Origin: Kiritimatiellia bacterium | Lineage (GTDB): Bacteria > Verrucomicrobiota > Kiritimatiellia > PWTM01 | Direction: 5' to 3' | NCBI GenBank assembly: GCA_026417735.1 | Contig: JAOACR010000014.1 | Coordinates: forward strand, 70,829 to 134,828 | Length of the DNA stretch: 64,000 nt | Shown: in pieces, positions 52,359 through 64,000 of the stretch | How positions within the stretch are numbered: position 1 is the first letter of the stretch | How the letters are laid out: every line of letters starts with the position of its first letter | Notes under the pieces: model-generated | What the model saw: the letters and a program-made list of their open reading frames with translations, nothing else | Database searches by the model: none | Told to the model about the DNA's origin: nothing | Position numbers and translations under genes: made by a program

Positions 52359-54887
52359 ATGAGCACTTCCGACCCGTCTGACCGCGGCGTTGAAACTTCC
52401 GGCCGGCCATGGTTCGGCGTGGTGCTGCTCGGCATGTTCGCCTTGCTGGCCGCGATCGCGCTCTCGCCGGTGCTGCTGCGTCCGGACCGAGTGCTCGACT
52501 TCAACGACGGCAACATCGAGTCGGCGCTGAGTCCGGCCTATGCGCTGCCGGGTGCGCTGCTGCGGGTGTGGGACAACCAGTTCTTTTTCGGCCAGGGCGG
52601 CAAGCAGTTTGCGCTCTGCTCCGCCAGCCTCGGCGAGTGGCTGTTCGGCCCGCACCATTACCGACGCGAGGCGGTGCTGCTGATGCTCACGCTGGTGGCC
52701 GGCGCGGTGTACTGGACGCTGCGCCAGTTCGGGATTCGCCGCGCCGCCGCCGCGGTCACTGCCGGCGCGGTGATGTTGAGTGGCGCGGTGTTTAGCTTTG
52801 CGGTGCTGGGATTGACGGTCCGGGGGGGCGCGCTGGGCTTCGCGACGCTGGCGCTGGGATTCCTCGAACGTGGTCGCCGGCGGCGCGGATGGCTGTCGTA
52901 CGCGCTCGGCGGGGGGTGCCTCGGACTGGCGATCGCGGAGACGCCGGACATCGGCGTTTTCTTTGCACTGGCGCTCGCCGCCGCGTTCCTGTGGCTGCAC
53001 TGGCCGGCGACGCCGACCCTGCTGCGGGCGTGGGGGCCGCTGGCTGGACGGTTTGCAGTAGTTGTCGCCTCGAGTGCGGCGCTCGCATTGCAGACGCTGA
53101 GTGTGATGTTCGCAACGCAGATTGAGGGTGTGCAGCAGGGCGCGGCAGAATCGCCCGCGGCGCGTTATGACTGGGCGACACAGTGGAGCCTGCCGCCGAA
53201 CGAAACGTGGGACCTTGTCGCGGGCACCTTTTACGGCGCGAGCGTGCGCTCCAGCGCAGCGCCGTACCGTGGGCGGATCGGCCGCACGCCCGGTTGGTCG
53301 CCCGATCAGCCGAATCGCGGCTTCCGCAACTTTGCGATGACCGGCTACCACCTGGGGGTGGTGCCGGCAGTGCTGCTGCTGGCCGGCTGGCTGGCGATCG
53401 GCGCGTTGGAACCCGCGCGCCGTCGTCTCGCTGTGCTCTCGCTCGGCGGCGCGATCGGCTGCCTTGTGCTGGCCTGGGGGCGGTACACGCCGGTGTACCG
53501 GCTGGTGTTCTCGCTGCCGTACCTCGACACCATCCGCAACCCGGAGAAATGGATGATGCCGTTCATGCTGTTTGCCGCGCTCGGTCTCGGCGTTGCGCTG
53601 GACGCGCTCCTGCAGGCGCTCCGCGCGGAACCCGCCGGCCGCACGAACGCGACGGCATGGCAGCGCGCACTGGCCCGCGCCGCCGGCACGATCACCGGAC
53701 TGGCGCTGGTGTTGCTCGCCGGCACCCTCATCGGCCAGGACGCCTTCCGCAACCAGATGGCGCTCGAGGGCTACACACCGGAGCAGATCCGGGCTGCGTG
53801 GTCCACCGCCGTGGGCTCGTCGATCCGCGTGCTGCTGGTCGCCTCGCTGCTCAGCGTCGCGGCCCGACTCTGGCGACGTCACGGCGCGGGCGCCCGCCGT
53901 GCCGCGCCCGCGGTGCTTGCCACACTGGCGGTGGTTGGTACGGCGGATCTGCTCACCGTGAACCGCTATTTCGTCGCAGGCCGCCCGTGGCGGCACCTGC
54001 TGGAGCCCAACCCGCTCACCGACTTCGTTCGCCAGCAGCACAACACTGGCCGGTTCAAGCTTCTGCCGGAGAGCCATCCGGCGCTCAACCACCTGCGCAT
54101 GACCTACTTGCAGGCGGCCGGCTGCGACCTGTTCGACCCAGTCAGTGTCTCCCGCATGCCCACCGACTACGCCGCGCTCTTCAGCGCGCTGCAGGCACAG
54201 CCACTGCGGCTGTGGACCCTGGGGGCGATTCGCTACGTGGTCACGCTTCCAGGCGGAACACAGCAGCTCAATCAGCTCGACGGCGACCGCGGACGTTTTC
54301 GCGAGATCTGGAGCTGCGGCATGGTGTCGACGCCAGAAGGAGCGCTTCGCCTTGTCACCGGGCTGCCGGTGGAGCAACAGGTCCTTCGCATCGCCGAGTT
54401 CGGCGGCGCGCGGCCGAAATGGTTTTTCCCAGTGCGCGTGCATGCGCTGGAGAACGGCGCGGATGCGGAGCGCCGAGCGCTCGCTGTGCTGAGATCCAAC
54501 GAGTTTGATCCGCTCACCGAATCCGTACTGATCACGTCCGGTTCACCGCCCTCGATCGAAGGCACCGCCCGCGTCGTTCGAGTGCTTCGCGACGAGCCGG
54601 CGGCAGCGGAGATCGAGGTCGAGTGCGCCGCCGATACGCTGCTGGTTCGGGCGACCCGGTACGACCCGGACTGGCGCGTGAGCGTGGATGGAGCTGCCAC
54701 CCCGCTGCTGCGGGTGGATTATCTGCTGCAGGGCGTGCGGATTCCCGCCGGCCGCCATCGGATCGTGTGGGAGTACCGCCCCGACCCCACGCCGCTGCAT
54801 CTGGCGGTCGCCGGCCGAATGGCCTGGCTGCTAGGCTGGGTGATCTGGCTGGTGCAGGAGCGTCGGCGGCACATTCTGTCCGCCTAG
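52359..54887 (+). CDS. YfhO-like multi-pass membrane protein (putative GT-C glycosyltransferase)
   Basis: Many TM segments; YDWATQWSLPP; C-terminal YDPDWRVSVDG..RVDYLLQGVRIPAGRHRIVWEY; start uncertain (52326 or 52359). Confidence 0.75.
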   Translation: MSTSDPSDRGVETSGRPWFGVVLLGMFALLAAIALSPVLLRPDRVLDFNDGNIESALSPAYALPGALLRVWDNQFFFGQGGKQFALCSASLGEWLFGPHHYRREAVLLMLTLVAGAVYWTLRQFGIRRAAAAVTAGAVMLSGAVFSFAVLGLTVRGGALGFATLALGFLERGRRRRGWLSYALGGGCLGLAIAETPDIGVFFALALAAAFLWLHWPATPTLLRAWGPLAGRFAVVVASSAALALQTLSVMFATQIEGVQQGAAESPAARYDWATQWSLPPNETWDLVAGTFYGASVRSSAAPYRGRIGRTPGWSPDQPNRGFRNFAMTGYHLGVVPAVLLLAGWLAIGALEPARRRLAVLSLGGAIGCLVLAWGRYTPVYRLVFSLPYLDTIRNPEKWMMPFMLFAALGLGVALDALLQALRAEPAGRTNATAWQRALARAAGTITGLALVLLAGTLIGQDAFRNQMALEGYTPEQIRAAWSTAVGSSIRVLLVASLLSVAARLWRRHGAGARRAAPAVLATLAVVGTADLLTVNRYFVAGRPWRHLLEPNPLTDFVRQQHNTGRFKLLPESHPALNHLRMTYLQAAGCDLFDPVSVSRMPTDYAALFSALQAQPLRLWTLGAIRYVVTLPGGTQQLNQLDGDRGRFREIWSCGMVSTPEGALRLVTGLPVEQQVLRIAEFGGARPKWFFPVRVHALENGADAERRALAVLRSNEFDPLTESVLITSGSPPSIEGTARVVRVLRDEPAAAEIEVECAADTLLVRATRYDPDWRVSVDGAATPLLRVDYLLQGVRIPAGRHRIVWEYRPDPTPLHLAVAGRMAWLLGWVIWLVQERRRHILSA

Positions 54888-55033
54888 ACACCCGGATAGA
54901 TGGTCGTACGACGAGCGCGCCGACCGGGCGGGACGGCAAAGGCACGAGCCGTCCGATCGCCGAGAGCCACCTGCCTCTGCACCACGTTGCTTCGCTCCCC
55001 TGCGCTGCGCATACTGAGCACAGGTCAGCTCCG

Positions 55034-56473
55034 ATGCGGATGACCGGCCAAGTTCCCGCTCACGTCTCCCGCGGACCCGCACGCCGGTGGTCCGCGGTGT
55101 GGGTGCTGGTCAGCGCAGCGCTGCCCGCGGCGGGCGCATCCGGCGTCGCTCCGCTCACGCTGGATGAGGCGATTGCGACCGCGCTTGCGCATAACCGCAC
55201 GCTCGCCGTCGGCCAGCTGCAGGTGATGCGCCGCGCGCTCGACGTGGAAGCTGCGCAGCGACAGTTCGATCCGACCGCCTCCCCGATGGCTCAGGGCCTG
55301 GGGCTGGGTTCGGACCGACAGTGGACGCTCGGGTTCCAGATCGTTCAGCCCACCCGGGTCGGTACGCGTCTGAACGCATCCGCAGCCGTCATCGAGCGCG
55401 AGGGAACGGGCGCCAGCGAGCGCACCGTCTCGATCGGTGTCGAACAACCGCTCTTCCGCCGATTCGGTCGGGAGGTGCACGAGGCGGCGCTGGCGGAGGG
55501 CCGTGAACAGTACGCGGCGGAGCGACGGCACTGGGAACAGCAGCGCGCAGATCTGGTGCTCCGACTGATCGAATGCATCGAGGTGCTCGTGCGGCTGGAG
55601 GCACAGATCGGTCTCGAGCGCGAACGTGCCGAGCGGTTGAGCGACCTGGTGCGGCTGGTCCGACTGCGCGAACGGCAGGGACGCTCGACGCTGGCGGACG
55701 TGATCCGGATGGAACAGTCGCTCGAGGAGGCCCGGGCGCGCATCGCCGAACTTGACGAGCGGCGGGAGGCGCGGCGCCGAGAGCTTTCCGATCTGCTCGG
55801 CGTACCGCTGTCCCCAGACCGGCCGTTGGAGCCGCCGCCGAGACTGGACGCACCCCTTCCGACGCCGGAGCTTGCCGTCGCGATCGCGATCTCCAACCGT
55901 CTTGACCTCGCCCAAGCCGAGGCCGACGCCGATGCCGCACGCCGTCGCGGCCGGCTCGCGCAGCGCCGGGTTTGGCCCGATGTTTCGCTGAGCGTTTCGC
56001 TGCGCCGCACGCTTTACGAGCTGGACGCGGGCGCGATCGGCGAGGACGAACGAACCGACTGGTTCGCCGGTTTTGCGGTGGACGGTTTTCCCTGGCGCGC
56101 CGCGGATCGTATCGCGCGCCGTCAGGCCGTGCTGGATGAGATCGCCGCGGACGAGGCGGTGGCAATGCGTCGCGATGCGATTGCGAGGCAGGTGCTGGAC
56201 GCGCTCGCCTTCTGCCGACGCGCGGAGACGGAGGCGGCGATCGCCGCACGCAGTCGGGAACTGGCCGAGGCCCAGTTGAGGCTTGTGCGCCGGCTTTACG
56301 AACTTGGTCGGGGTGATGCGTTCGCACTGTCGGACGGCGAAACGCGCTATGCGGCCGCCACGCAGCGAGCGGTGGAAACGGCGTCCACCGCCCGACTGGC
56401 GGCCTACGCGCTGCGCCACACGCTGGGGACGCTCGTCGAGCACCCCGCCGAACTGAAACCGGAGCGCCGCTGA
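55034..56473 (+). CDS. TolC-family outer membrane efflux protein
   Basis: LTLDEAIATALAHN, EQPLFR, NRLDL, YELGR duplicated helical halves; start inferred. Confidence 0.8.
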   Translation: MRMTGQVPAHVSRGPARRWSAVWVLVSAALPAAGASGVAPLTLDEAIATALAHNRTLAVGQLQVMRRALDVEAAQRQFDPTASPMAQGLGLGSDRQWTLGFQIVQPTRVGTRLNASAAVIEREGTGASERTVSIGVEQPLFRRFGREVHEAALAEGREQYAAERRHWEQQRADLVLRLIECIEVLVRLEAQIGLERERAERLSDLVRLVRLRERQGRSTLADVIRMEQSLEEARARIAELDERREARRRELSDLLGVPLSPDRPLEPPPRLDAPLPTPELAVAIAISNRLDLAQAEADADAARRRGRLAQRRVWPDVSLSVSLRRTLYELDAGAIGEDERTDWFAGFAVDGFPWRAADRIARRQAVLDEIAADEAVAMRRDAIARQVLDALAFCRRAETEAAIAARSRELAEAQLRLVRRLYELGRGDAFALSDGETRYAAATQRAVETASTARLAAYALRHTLGTLVEHPAELKPERR

Positions 56474-56476
56474 GCG

Positions 56477-57706
56477 ATGGTGCGTCGCGTCATCTTTGGG
56501 GTGCTCGCGGCGGTGGCGGCCGTCAGCGGGCTGCGCCTGTGGTTGCGCCTGCCTGGCGCGGGCGCCTCCCGGCCGGCGCCCCTGGCGGACACCGCGACCG
56601 TCGCAGAGGAAAGGTTCGAACTCTGGGTGCCGTTGGAGGGGCGGCTGGCCGCCCGGCGCGTGGTTTCCATCGCATCACGTCTGCCCGGAGGTGCGACGAT
56701 CGTCGAGCTGGTGCCGGACGGTGCGCGCGTGCGCGCCGGTGACCTGCTCGTAAAGTTCGACAGTTTTTCGGTCGAGGCCGACCTCGCACGGGCGGAGCGG
56801 GAATGTGCGGCCGCGGAGCGGGAACTGCGATTGTTGGAAACCGTCACGTTGCCGGCGGAGCTGCGCGAGACGGAGCTAGCGGTGGAACAGCTACGCGATG
56901 AGCTGGCGACGGCGACCCGCAACCGCGACGACACCGCCGAACTGGCGCGCGAACAGCTGGCGTCGGCCGGCGAGGTGGAGCGGGAAAACCGGCGGGTGGA
57001 GGCGCTTCGCCGTCAGCTTGTCCACGCGGAGTGGAAGCTGGCGCTGGCGCGCGACCACTCGCACCCACTGCGGCTGGCCGACGCACGCGACAAGCTCCGC
57101 GCACTGGAGTCCGAGCGAAACCGGCTTCGCGATCAGCTCGCGATGTGTACCGTCACCGCACCCTGCGACGGCGAGGTCGTTCACCTGCCGGTCACCGTCG
57201 GCACGGAGCTGCGCACCGTTCGCGTGGGCGACACCGTCTACCGCAACCAAGAATTTCTGTGCATCCCGGATCCCGCCGAATGGGTGGTGCGCTGCGAGGT
57301 GGCCGAGCCGGATCTTCCACGCGTGCGGCCGGGGCGCGCTGTGCGCGCAACGTTTCCCGCGTGGCCGGAGTTGACGCTGACCGGCGAGGTCGAGTCGGTG
57401 TCGGCGATGGCGCAGCCCGCGGCGGGCGCCGCGGGCCGCCGCGTGTTCCCGGCGATCATCCGGCTCGACGGCGGCCGGCCGGAGCTTCGCAGCGGGCTGA
57501 GCGTGCGCGTTGCAGTGCTGGCGGAGCTGCGCGAATGCGCCCGGGTCATCCCGCGCGCAGCGGTCCGCTGGGAACGCGGACAGCCCTACTGCCGGCTGGT
57601 CACCACGGGAGGGACGCGGCGGCAGCCGATCGTGCTGGGGCCGGCCGATGATGAACGCGCGGTGGTGCTGGACGGGCTCTCGCCGGGGGACCGCATCCTG
57701 TGGTGA
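56477..57706 (+). CDS. Periplasmic adaptor (MFP) of a MacAB-type exporter
   Basis: N-terminal TM, lipoyl halves (VPDGARVRAGDLL; VTAPCDGEV), long hairpin, LRSGLS, GLSPGDRI. Confidence 0.85.
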   Translation: MVRRVIFGVLAAVAAVSGLRLWLRLPGAGASRPAPLADTATVAEERFELWVPLEGRLAARRVVSIASRLPGGATIVELVPDGARVRAGDLLVKFDSFSVEADLARAERECAAAERELRLLETVTLPAELRETELAVEQLRDELATATRNRDDTAELAREQLASAGEVERENRRVEALRRQLVHAEWKLALARDHSHPLRLADARDKLRALESERNRLRDQLAMCTVTAPCDGEVVHLPVTVGTELRTVRVGDTVYRNQEFLCIPDPAEWVVRCEVAEPDLPRVRPGRAVRATFPAWPELTLTGEVESVSAMAQPAAGAAGRRVFPAIIRLDGGRPELRSGLSVRVAVLAELRECARVIPRAAVRWERGQPYCRLVTTGGTRRQPIVLGPADDERAVVLDGLSPGDRILW

Positions 57707-58385
57707 GCGCCGCGGTGCTTCGCTGTGCGGGCGTCGCGAAATCGTTCGGTGCGGGCGAGCATCGCGTCACGGTGCTGCACGATCTCTCGTTTGAGGTGCA
57801 CCGCGGCGAGATGGTCGCGATCGCGGGCCCGTCGGGCGCGGGTAAGACCACGCTGTTGCATCTGGCCGCGCTGCTCGACGTACCGGACCGTGGCGACATC
57901 GAGATTGAGGGGCGTCCCACGCGCCACTGCGCCGAGCGGGAGCGGGCAGCGCTGCGCGCCGGCCGCATCGGGATCATCTTTCAGCGATTTCATCTGCTCC
58001 CGCACCGCAGCGCCCTCGAGAACGTCGTGTTCCGATTCCGTTACACCGCGACGCCCTTGAGCGAGGCGCGCCGCCGGGCCGCCGAGCTGCTCGAACGCAT
58101 CGGCCTAGCGCCGTCGGCGCGGACGCCCGCCCGGCTGCTGTCCGGAGGAGAAATGCAGCGCGTCGCGATCGCGCGCGCGCTGGTGCTGCGGCCCGCACTG
58201 CTGCTGGCCGACGAGCCGACCGGTAACCTCGACCCCGGCGCGGCCGCCCGCGTGATCGCGCTGCTGGACGAAGCGCGGCGCGACGGCGCCGCCGTGCTGC
58301 TGGCGACCCACAATCCCGGCTGGTTACCTCGTTGCGACCGCGTGATTCGGTTGCCGGAGAGCGCCGCACCGGACCGCGCACCGAC

Positions 58386-58389
<4 letters not shown>
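57700..58389 (+). CDS. ABC transporter ATP-binding protein (MacB/LolD-like)
   Basis: GPSGAGKTT, IFQRFHL, LSGGEMQRVAIARAL, LLADEPTGNLD. Confidence 0.93.
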
Positions 58390-60679
<2,290 letters not shown>

Positions 60680-60755
60680 GCCCGCCTCCTCTCCGCCGCC
60701 CGGCCGCCCGCACCGCCGCGCTGAAAAGCGGTGATGCTCCGCGGTACGAGGCGAC

Positions 60756-61598
60756 ATGGTGCGACGTGGCGGATTTCTGATTTGGATTGTGCTGCTGGCG
60801 GCGCTGCTGGCGATCGTGAACCTTCCGATGCCGGCCGCCCGCGCGGTGAAGGCGGGCGTCCGCGAGTTCCTTGCGCCGCTCCACGCGCTGATCGCCCGCA
60901 CGTCGGTGCACCTGCGGGAATCGCTGAGCGCAATCCGCGGCATCGGCGGCCTTGCGGCGGAAAACCGGGCGCTGCAGGAGGAGATGCTGCGGCTGCGCCT
61001 CGAGATGCGCGCGCTGCAGGCGGCCGCCGCCGAGAACGCGGAGCTGCGCGAACTGGTGGGGTTCCGCCAGCGCGCCGGTCACCGCCTCGTCGCCGCGGAA
61101 GTGATCGCGCGGGAAAGCAGCGGCTGGTGGCAGTCGTTACGGCTCGATCGCGGCCGTCGCGACGGTCTGCGGCCGGATCTGCCGGTCGTCACGCCAGATG
61201 GCATCGTCGGCCGAATCCTGGATGTTTCCGACCACACCGCAGACGTGCTGCTGATCAGCGACCCGAGTTGCCGCGTTTCGGTGCGACTGCCGCGCACCGA
61301 TTCCCACGGCGTTCTGCGCGGCACCGGCATGCGATGGGACGGCCAGATCGTCTGCCGCGTGGACTTCCTTCATCCCCGCCACACGATCCGCCCGGGCGAC
61401 GAGGTGGTGACGTCCGGTCTGGGCGGCGTATTTCCTCCGAACCTGCCCGTGGGCACGGTGCTGTCCGCTCAGCGGGACGCCTCCGGCCTCTATCGCCAAG
61501 CGGAGGTGCTGCCCCGCGCGGACCTCGGGCGAATCCGGCGCGCATTCGTCCTGACCGACGGTTCCTCACCGCCGGCGAAGGAGGGACGACACCCGTGA
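60756..61598 (+). CDS. mreC: Rod shape-determining protein MreC
   Basis: TM + coiled coil (ENAELRELV), GIVGRI, VVTSGLGGVFP..LPVG. Confidence 0.94.
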   Translation: MVRRGGFLIWIVLLAALLAIVNLPMPAARAVKAGVREFLAPLHALIARTSVHLRESLSAIRGIGGLAAENRALQEEMLRLRLEMRALQAAAAENAELRELVGFRQRAGHRLVAAEVIARESSGWWQSLRLDRGRRDGLRPDLPVVTPDGIVGRILDVSDHTADVLLISDPSCRVSVRLPRTDSHGVLRGTGMRWDGQIVCRVDFLHPRHTIRPGDEVVTSGLGGVFPPNLPVGTVLSAQRDASGLYRQAEVLPRADLGRIRRAFVLTDGSSPPAKEGRHP

Positions 61599-62098
61599 GC
61601 ACGGCCGGCGCCTTGCTCTTGCTGTTTGCGGGCGGTGTGCTGCAGGCGGTGATGCCCGCGCCGGCGATGGCCGGCCAAACGCCCATCCCGCTGCTCGTCG
61701 CGCTCGTCGTGCACTACGCGCTCACTCGACGCCGACCGTTCGCCTTGGCGGTCGCGGTCGCCGCCGGGCTGGTGCAGGACGCGCTCGGCCTCGTCCCGCT
61801 GGGCGTCTCCTCCGCCGCCTTCGCGGTGGTCGCGTTGCTGGCCGGACGCTACCGGGAAGAGGTGTTCGAGTTTCGCACCGCCACGCACGTCGCGATCGGC
61901 GCAATTGCAGCCCCCGCGGCGACGCTGCTGACTGCACTGCTGCTCGCCGCGCTGGGCCAGCTTTCCGTCGGGAGCCTCCAAGTGCTGTTGAAACTGGCCG
62001 GTGCGGCAGTGCTTGGCGCGTTCGTCACGCCGGTCGTCGCGGAATCGGCCGCGCGGTTCGAGCGTCACATCGGCGCATCACCGGAGGGTCGGCGATGA
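61595..62098 (+). CDS. mreD: Rod shape-determining protein MreD
   Basis: Hydrophobic ~167 aa, AGLVQDALG..PLGV; lies between mreC and mrdA with 4-nt overlaps. Confidence 0.85.
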   Translation: MSTAGALLLLFAGGVLQAVMPAPAMAGQTPIPLLVALVVHYALTRRRPFALAVAVAAGLVQDALGLVPLGVSSAAFAVVALLAGRYREEVFEFRTATHVAIGAIAAPAATLLTALLLAALGQLSVGSLQVLLKLAGAAVLGAFVTPVVAESAARFERHIGASPEGRR

Positions 62099-63930
62099 CG
62101 CGTGCGCGGCGGCCGCTGGACTGGGAACTGGCGCGGATCCGCGCACTGCTGGTGCTCGCGCTGTTGGCACTCGGCACGATCGAGGTCGCGCTGTGGCGGC
62201 TGCAGGTCAGCCGCGGCCAGAACTATCGGCGCGACCTCGCCCGACAGAGCGTGCGACGAGTCCGCGTCCCCGGCCCCCGCGGCTGCATCTACGACCGTCA
62301 CGGCCGACTGCTCGCCGACAACCGACCCTCCTATGGGTTGGTCTTGTACCTGGAGGAGCTGCGCCCCCGCCGACGCGGTGAGCCGCTCATTCCGCGGATC
62401 CTCGGAACACTGGACGAGGTCGCCGCGGTGATCGGCCTGCCGCCCCAGGTGGACACGAACGATCTGCGCGCCCACATCCGGCGCCGCCTCCCGCTGCCAC
62501 TGCCGGCCTGGCGCGATTTACCCGAGGCCGCGATCGCGCGCTGGGCGGAGATGGGTGGCCGGATCGGCGGTGCGGACTTGAGTGTCGAGCCTGTCCGCGT
62601 CTACCCCGCCGGCACCAACGCCTGCCACGTGATCGGCTACGTCAGCCGCGCCGACCTCAGCACGCTTGAGGAAGAGCCGTACCACTACCACCTTTCTGAC
62701 ATGGCGGGTGCCGCCGGTATCGAAAAGGTATACGACTCGTTGCTGCGCGGCCGCGCAGGCGTTCGACTGGTCCGGGTGGACGCGGCCGGCTACCGCTATC
62801 AGGATCTCGGCGGCACCGAACCGGTGCCCGGCGCTGACCTCCGGCTGACGCTCGACCTCGATCTGCAAGCGGCCGCCGAGTCCGCGTTGGGCGAGCACCA
62901 CGGCGCGCTCGTGGCACTCGATCCGTCCGATGGCGCGATCCTCGCGATGGCCAGCCGGCCGGCTTACGACCCCGGCTCGTTCGTGCCCGCGATTTCCGAG
63001 GCCGATTGGGAGCGGCTGCAACAGGATCCGGCGCGGCCGCTGTTCAACCGCGCGGTCGCCGCTGCCTACGCGCCCGGCAGCACGTTCAAACCCATCGTCG
63101 CGATCGCAGCACTGCAACACGGACGGATCTCCCCCGCCACCGTCTTCCGTTGTTCCGGTGCGCTCACGCTCGGCAATGCGCGGTTCCGTTGTTGGGACAC
63201 GCTCGGCCATGGCGCGCTGGACCTCGCCGGAGCGATCCGCTACTCCTGCAACGTCTATTTCTTTCACGCGGGCCTCGCGACTGGGCCGGATGCGATCGCC
63301 ACCACCGCCCGGGCTGTCGGTCTCGGTCGGCCCACGGAGGTGGACCTCGATCAGGAGGCGGCAGGCCTGGTTCCGGATCCAGCCTGGAAGCGCCGCGCCT
63401 GGCGTGACGCCTGGCGTGACGGCGATACCTGCAACCTTTCCATCGGACAGGGGCCGATCACCGCAACGCCGCTGCAGATGGCGGTCGTTGCGGCTGCGCT
63501 CGCGAACGGTGGTCATCGGGTGACGCCGCATCTGCTGCTCGCGGTGCGACCGGCCGGCACCGACGAGTTCCAGCCCTCGCCGGTGCGCCCGCGGCAATCG
63601 CTGGGCTGGCCGGCGGGCGCGCTGGAGGCGGTGCGGCGCGGCATGCGCGACGTGGTGATGGCGGAGGATGGAACCGGTCGCCGCATGCGCGTCGCGGGCA
63701 TGGAGCTGGCGGGAAAAACGGGCACCGCGGAGTACGGTCCCAAACGCGAGGGTCGTAAGCGCGGGTGGATGATTGCGTTCGGGCCGCTGCCCCGGCCGTC
63801 CCTGGCGGTGGCGATGGTGGTGGAGGACGCCGTCAGTGGCGGCACGACGGTGGCCCCGCGTCTGCAGCAGTTCTTTGCCGCGGCGCTCGCGCGTTCGGCG
63901 CCCCCAAACCGGAACGGAGGGCCGCAGTGA
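62095..63930 (+). CDS. mrdA: Penicillin-binding protein 2
   Basis: PRGCIYDRHG, SxxK (PGSTFK), SxN (SCNVYF), KTG (GKTGTAE). Confidence 0.95.
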   Translation: MTRARRPLDWELARIRALLVLALLALGTIEVALWRLQVSRGQNYRRDLARQSVRRVRVPGPRGCIYDRHGRLLADNRPSYGLVLYLEELRPRRRGEPLIPRILGTLDEVAAVIGLPPQVDTNDLRAHIRRRLPLPLPAWRDLPEAAIARWAEMGGRIGGADLSVEPVRVYPAGTNACHVIGYVSRADLSTLEEEPYHYHLSDMAGAAGIEKVYDSLLRGRAGVRLVRVDAAGYRYQDLGGTEPVPGADLRLTLDLDLQAAAESALGEHHGALVALDPSDGAILAMASRPAYDPGSFVPAISEADWERLQQDPARPLFNRAVAAAYAPGSTFKPIVAIAALQHGRISPATVFRCSGALTLGNARFRCWDTLGHGALDLAGAIRYSCNVYFFHAGLATGPDAIATTARAVGLGRPTEVDLDQEAAGLVPDPAWKRRAWRDAWRDGDTCNLSIGQGPITATPLQMAVVAAALANGGHRVTPHLLLAVRPAGTDEFQPSPVRPRQSLGWPAGALEAVRRGMRDVVMAEDGTGRRMRVAGMELAGKTGTAEYGPKREGRKRGWMIAFGPLPRPSLAVAMVVEDAVSGGTTVAPRLQQFFAAALARSAPPNRNGGPQ

Positions 63931-64000
63931 GATCGCTGCCGCTCCAACGCGCCCTTCGCCGTTGCGATCCGCTGCTGGCCGGCGCCGCACTCGGCCTGGT
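63927..64000 (+). CDS. Probable start of RodA (3' truncated by window edge)
   Basis: GTGA overlap with mrdA stop; RSLPLQRALRRCDPLLAGAALGL open to the edge; call rests on mrdA-rodA synteny. Confidence 0.5.
   Translation, partial: MRSLPLQRALRRCDPLLAGAALGL

Noticed and set aside
51717..54443. 908-aa minus-strand ORF, and similar long ORFs at 15365..17236, 18803..20626, 20682..22643 and 41183..43123
   Set aside because: Arg/Ala/Pro-rich shadows overlapping well-supported genes on the opposite strand.

Overview
High-GC bacterial chromosomal segment. Gene content (Mla ABC system, LpxL-like acyltransferase, paired exported Gfo/Idh/MocA enzymes) fits a diderm, possibly PVC-superphylum organism; the taxonomy is inference. 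Most of the window is housekeeping: prfB(3' part)-trpC-GlmU-like-aromatic-repeat protein-mlaEFD; sensor kinases; ROK kinase/SDR; nifJ(PFOR)-DHODH-like-ferredoxin-acyltransferase; an Rrf2-led sulfur amino-acid operon (metY, OsmC-like, CBS, cystathionine gamma-lyase/synthase, cysK); grpE-dnaJ-rsmE; AGE epimerase; dnaG; pyc-birA; rfbD-rfbB; a YfhO-like membrane protein; a TolC/MFP/ABC exporter; mreBCD-mrdA and the start of a probable rodA. Two things stand out. (1) An unannotated five-gene exported-protein operon (~38.9-47.3 kb): a CsgG-fold lipoprotein with six FN3 domains, a 1186-aa protein ending in eight CxxC motifs, a small coiled-coil protein, a second CsgG/FlgT-like protein, and a coiled-coil protein whose last 38 residues align without gaps to an internal segment of the giant protein. 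(2) A compact candidate sRNA gene at ~17.09-17.19 kb: sigma70 promoter, 13-bp stem, C-rich loops with an anti-Shine-Dalgarno ACCUCCUU, and a U8 tail. Also notable are a His->Arg pseudo-histidine-kinase and a CymR-like C-terminal Ile tail on the Rrf2 regulator. All calls come from reading motifs by eye; no searches were run, and several start codons are judgement calls.
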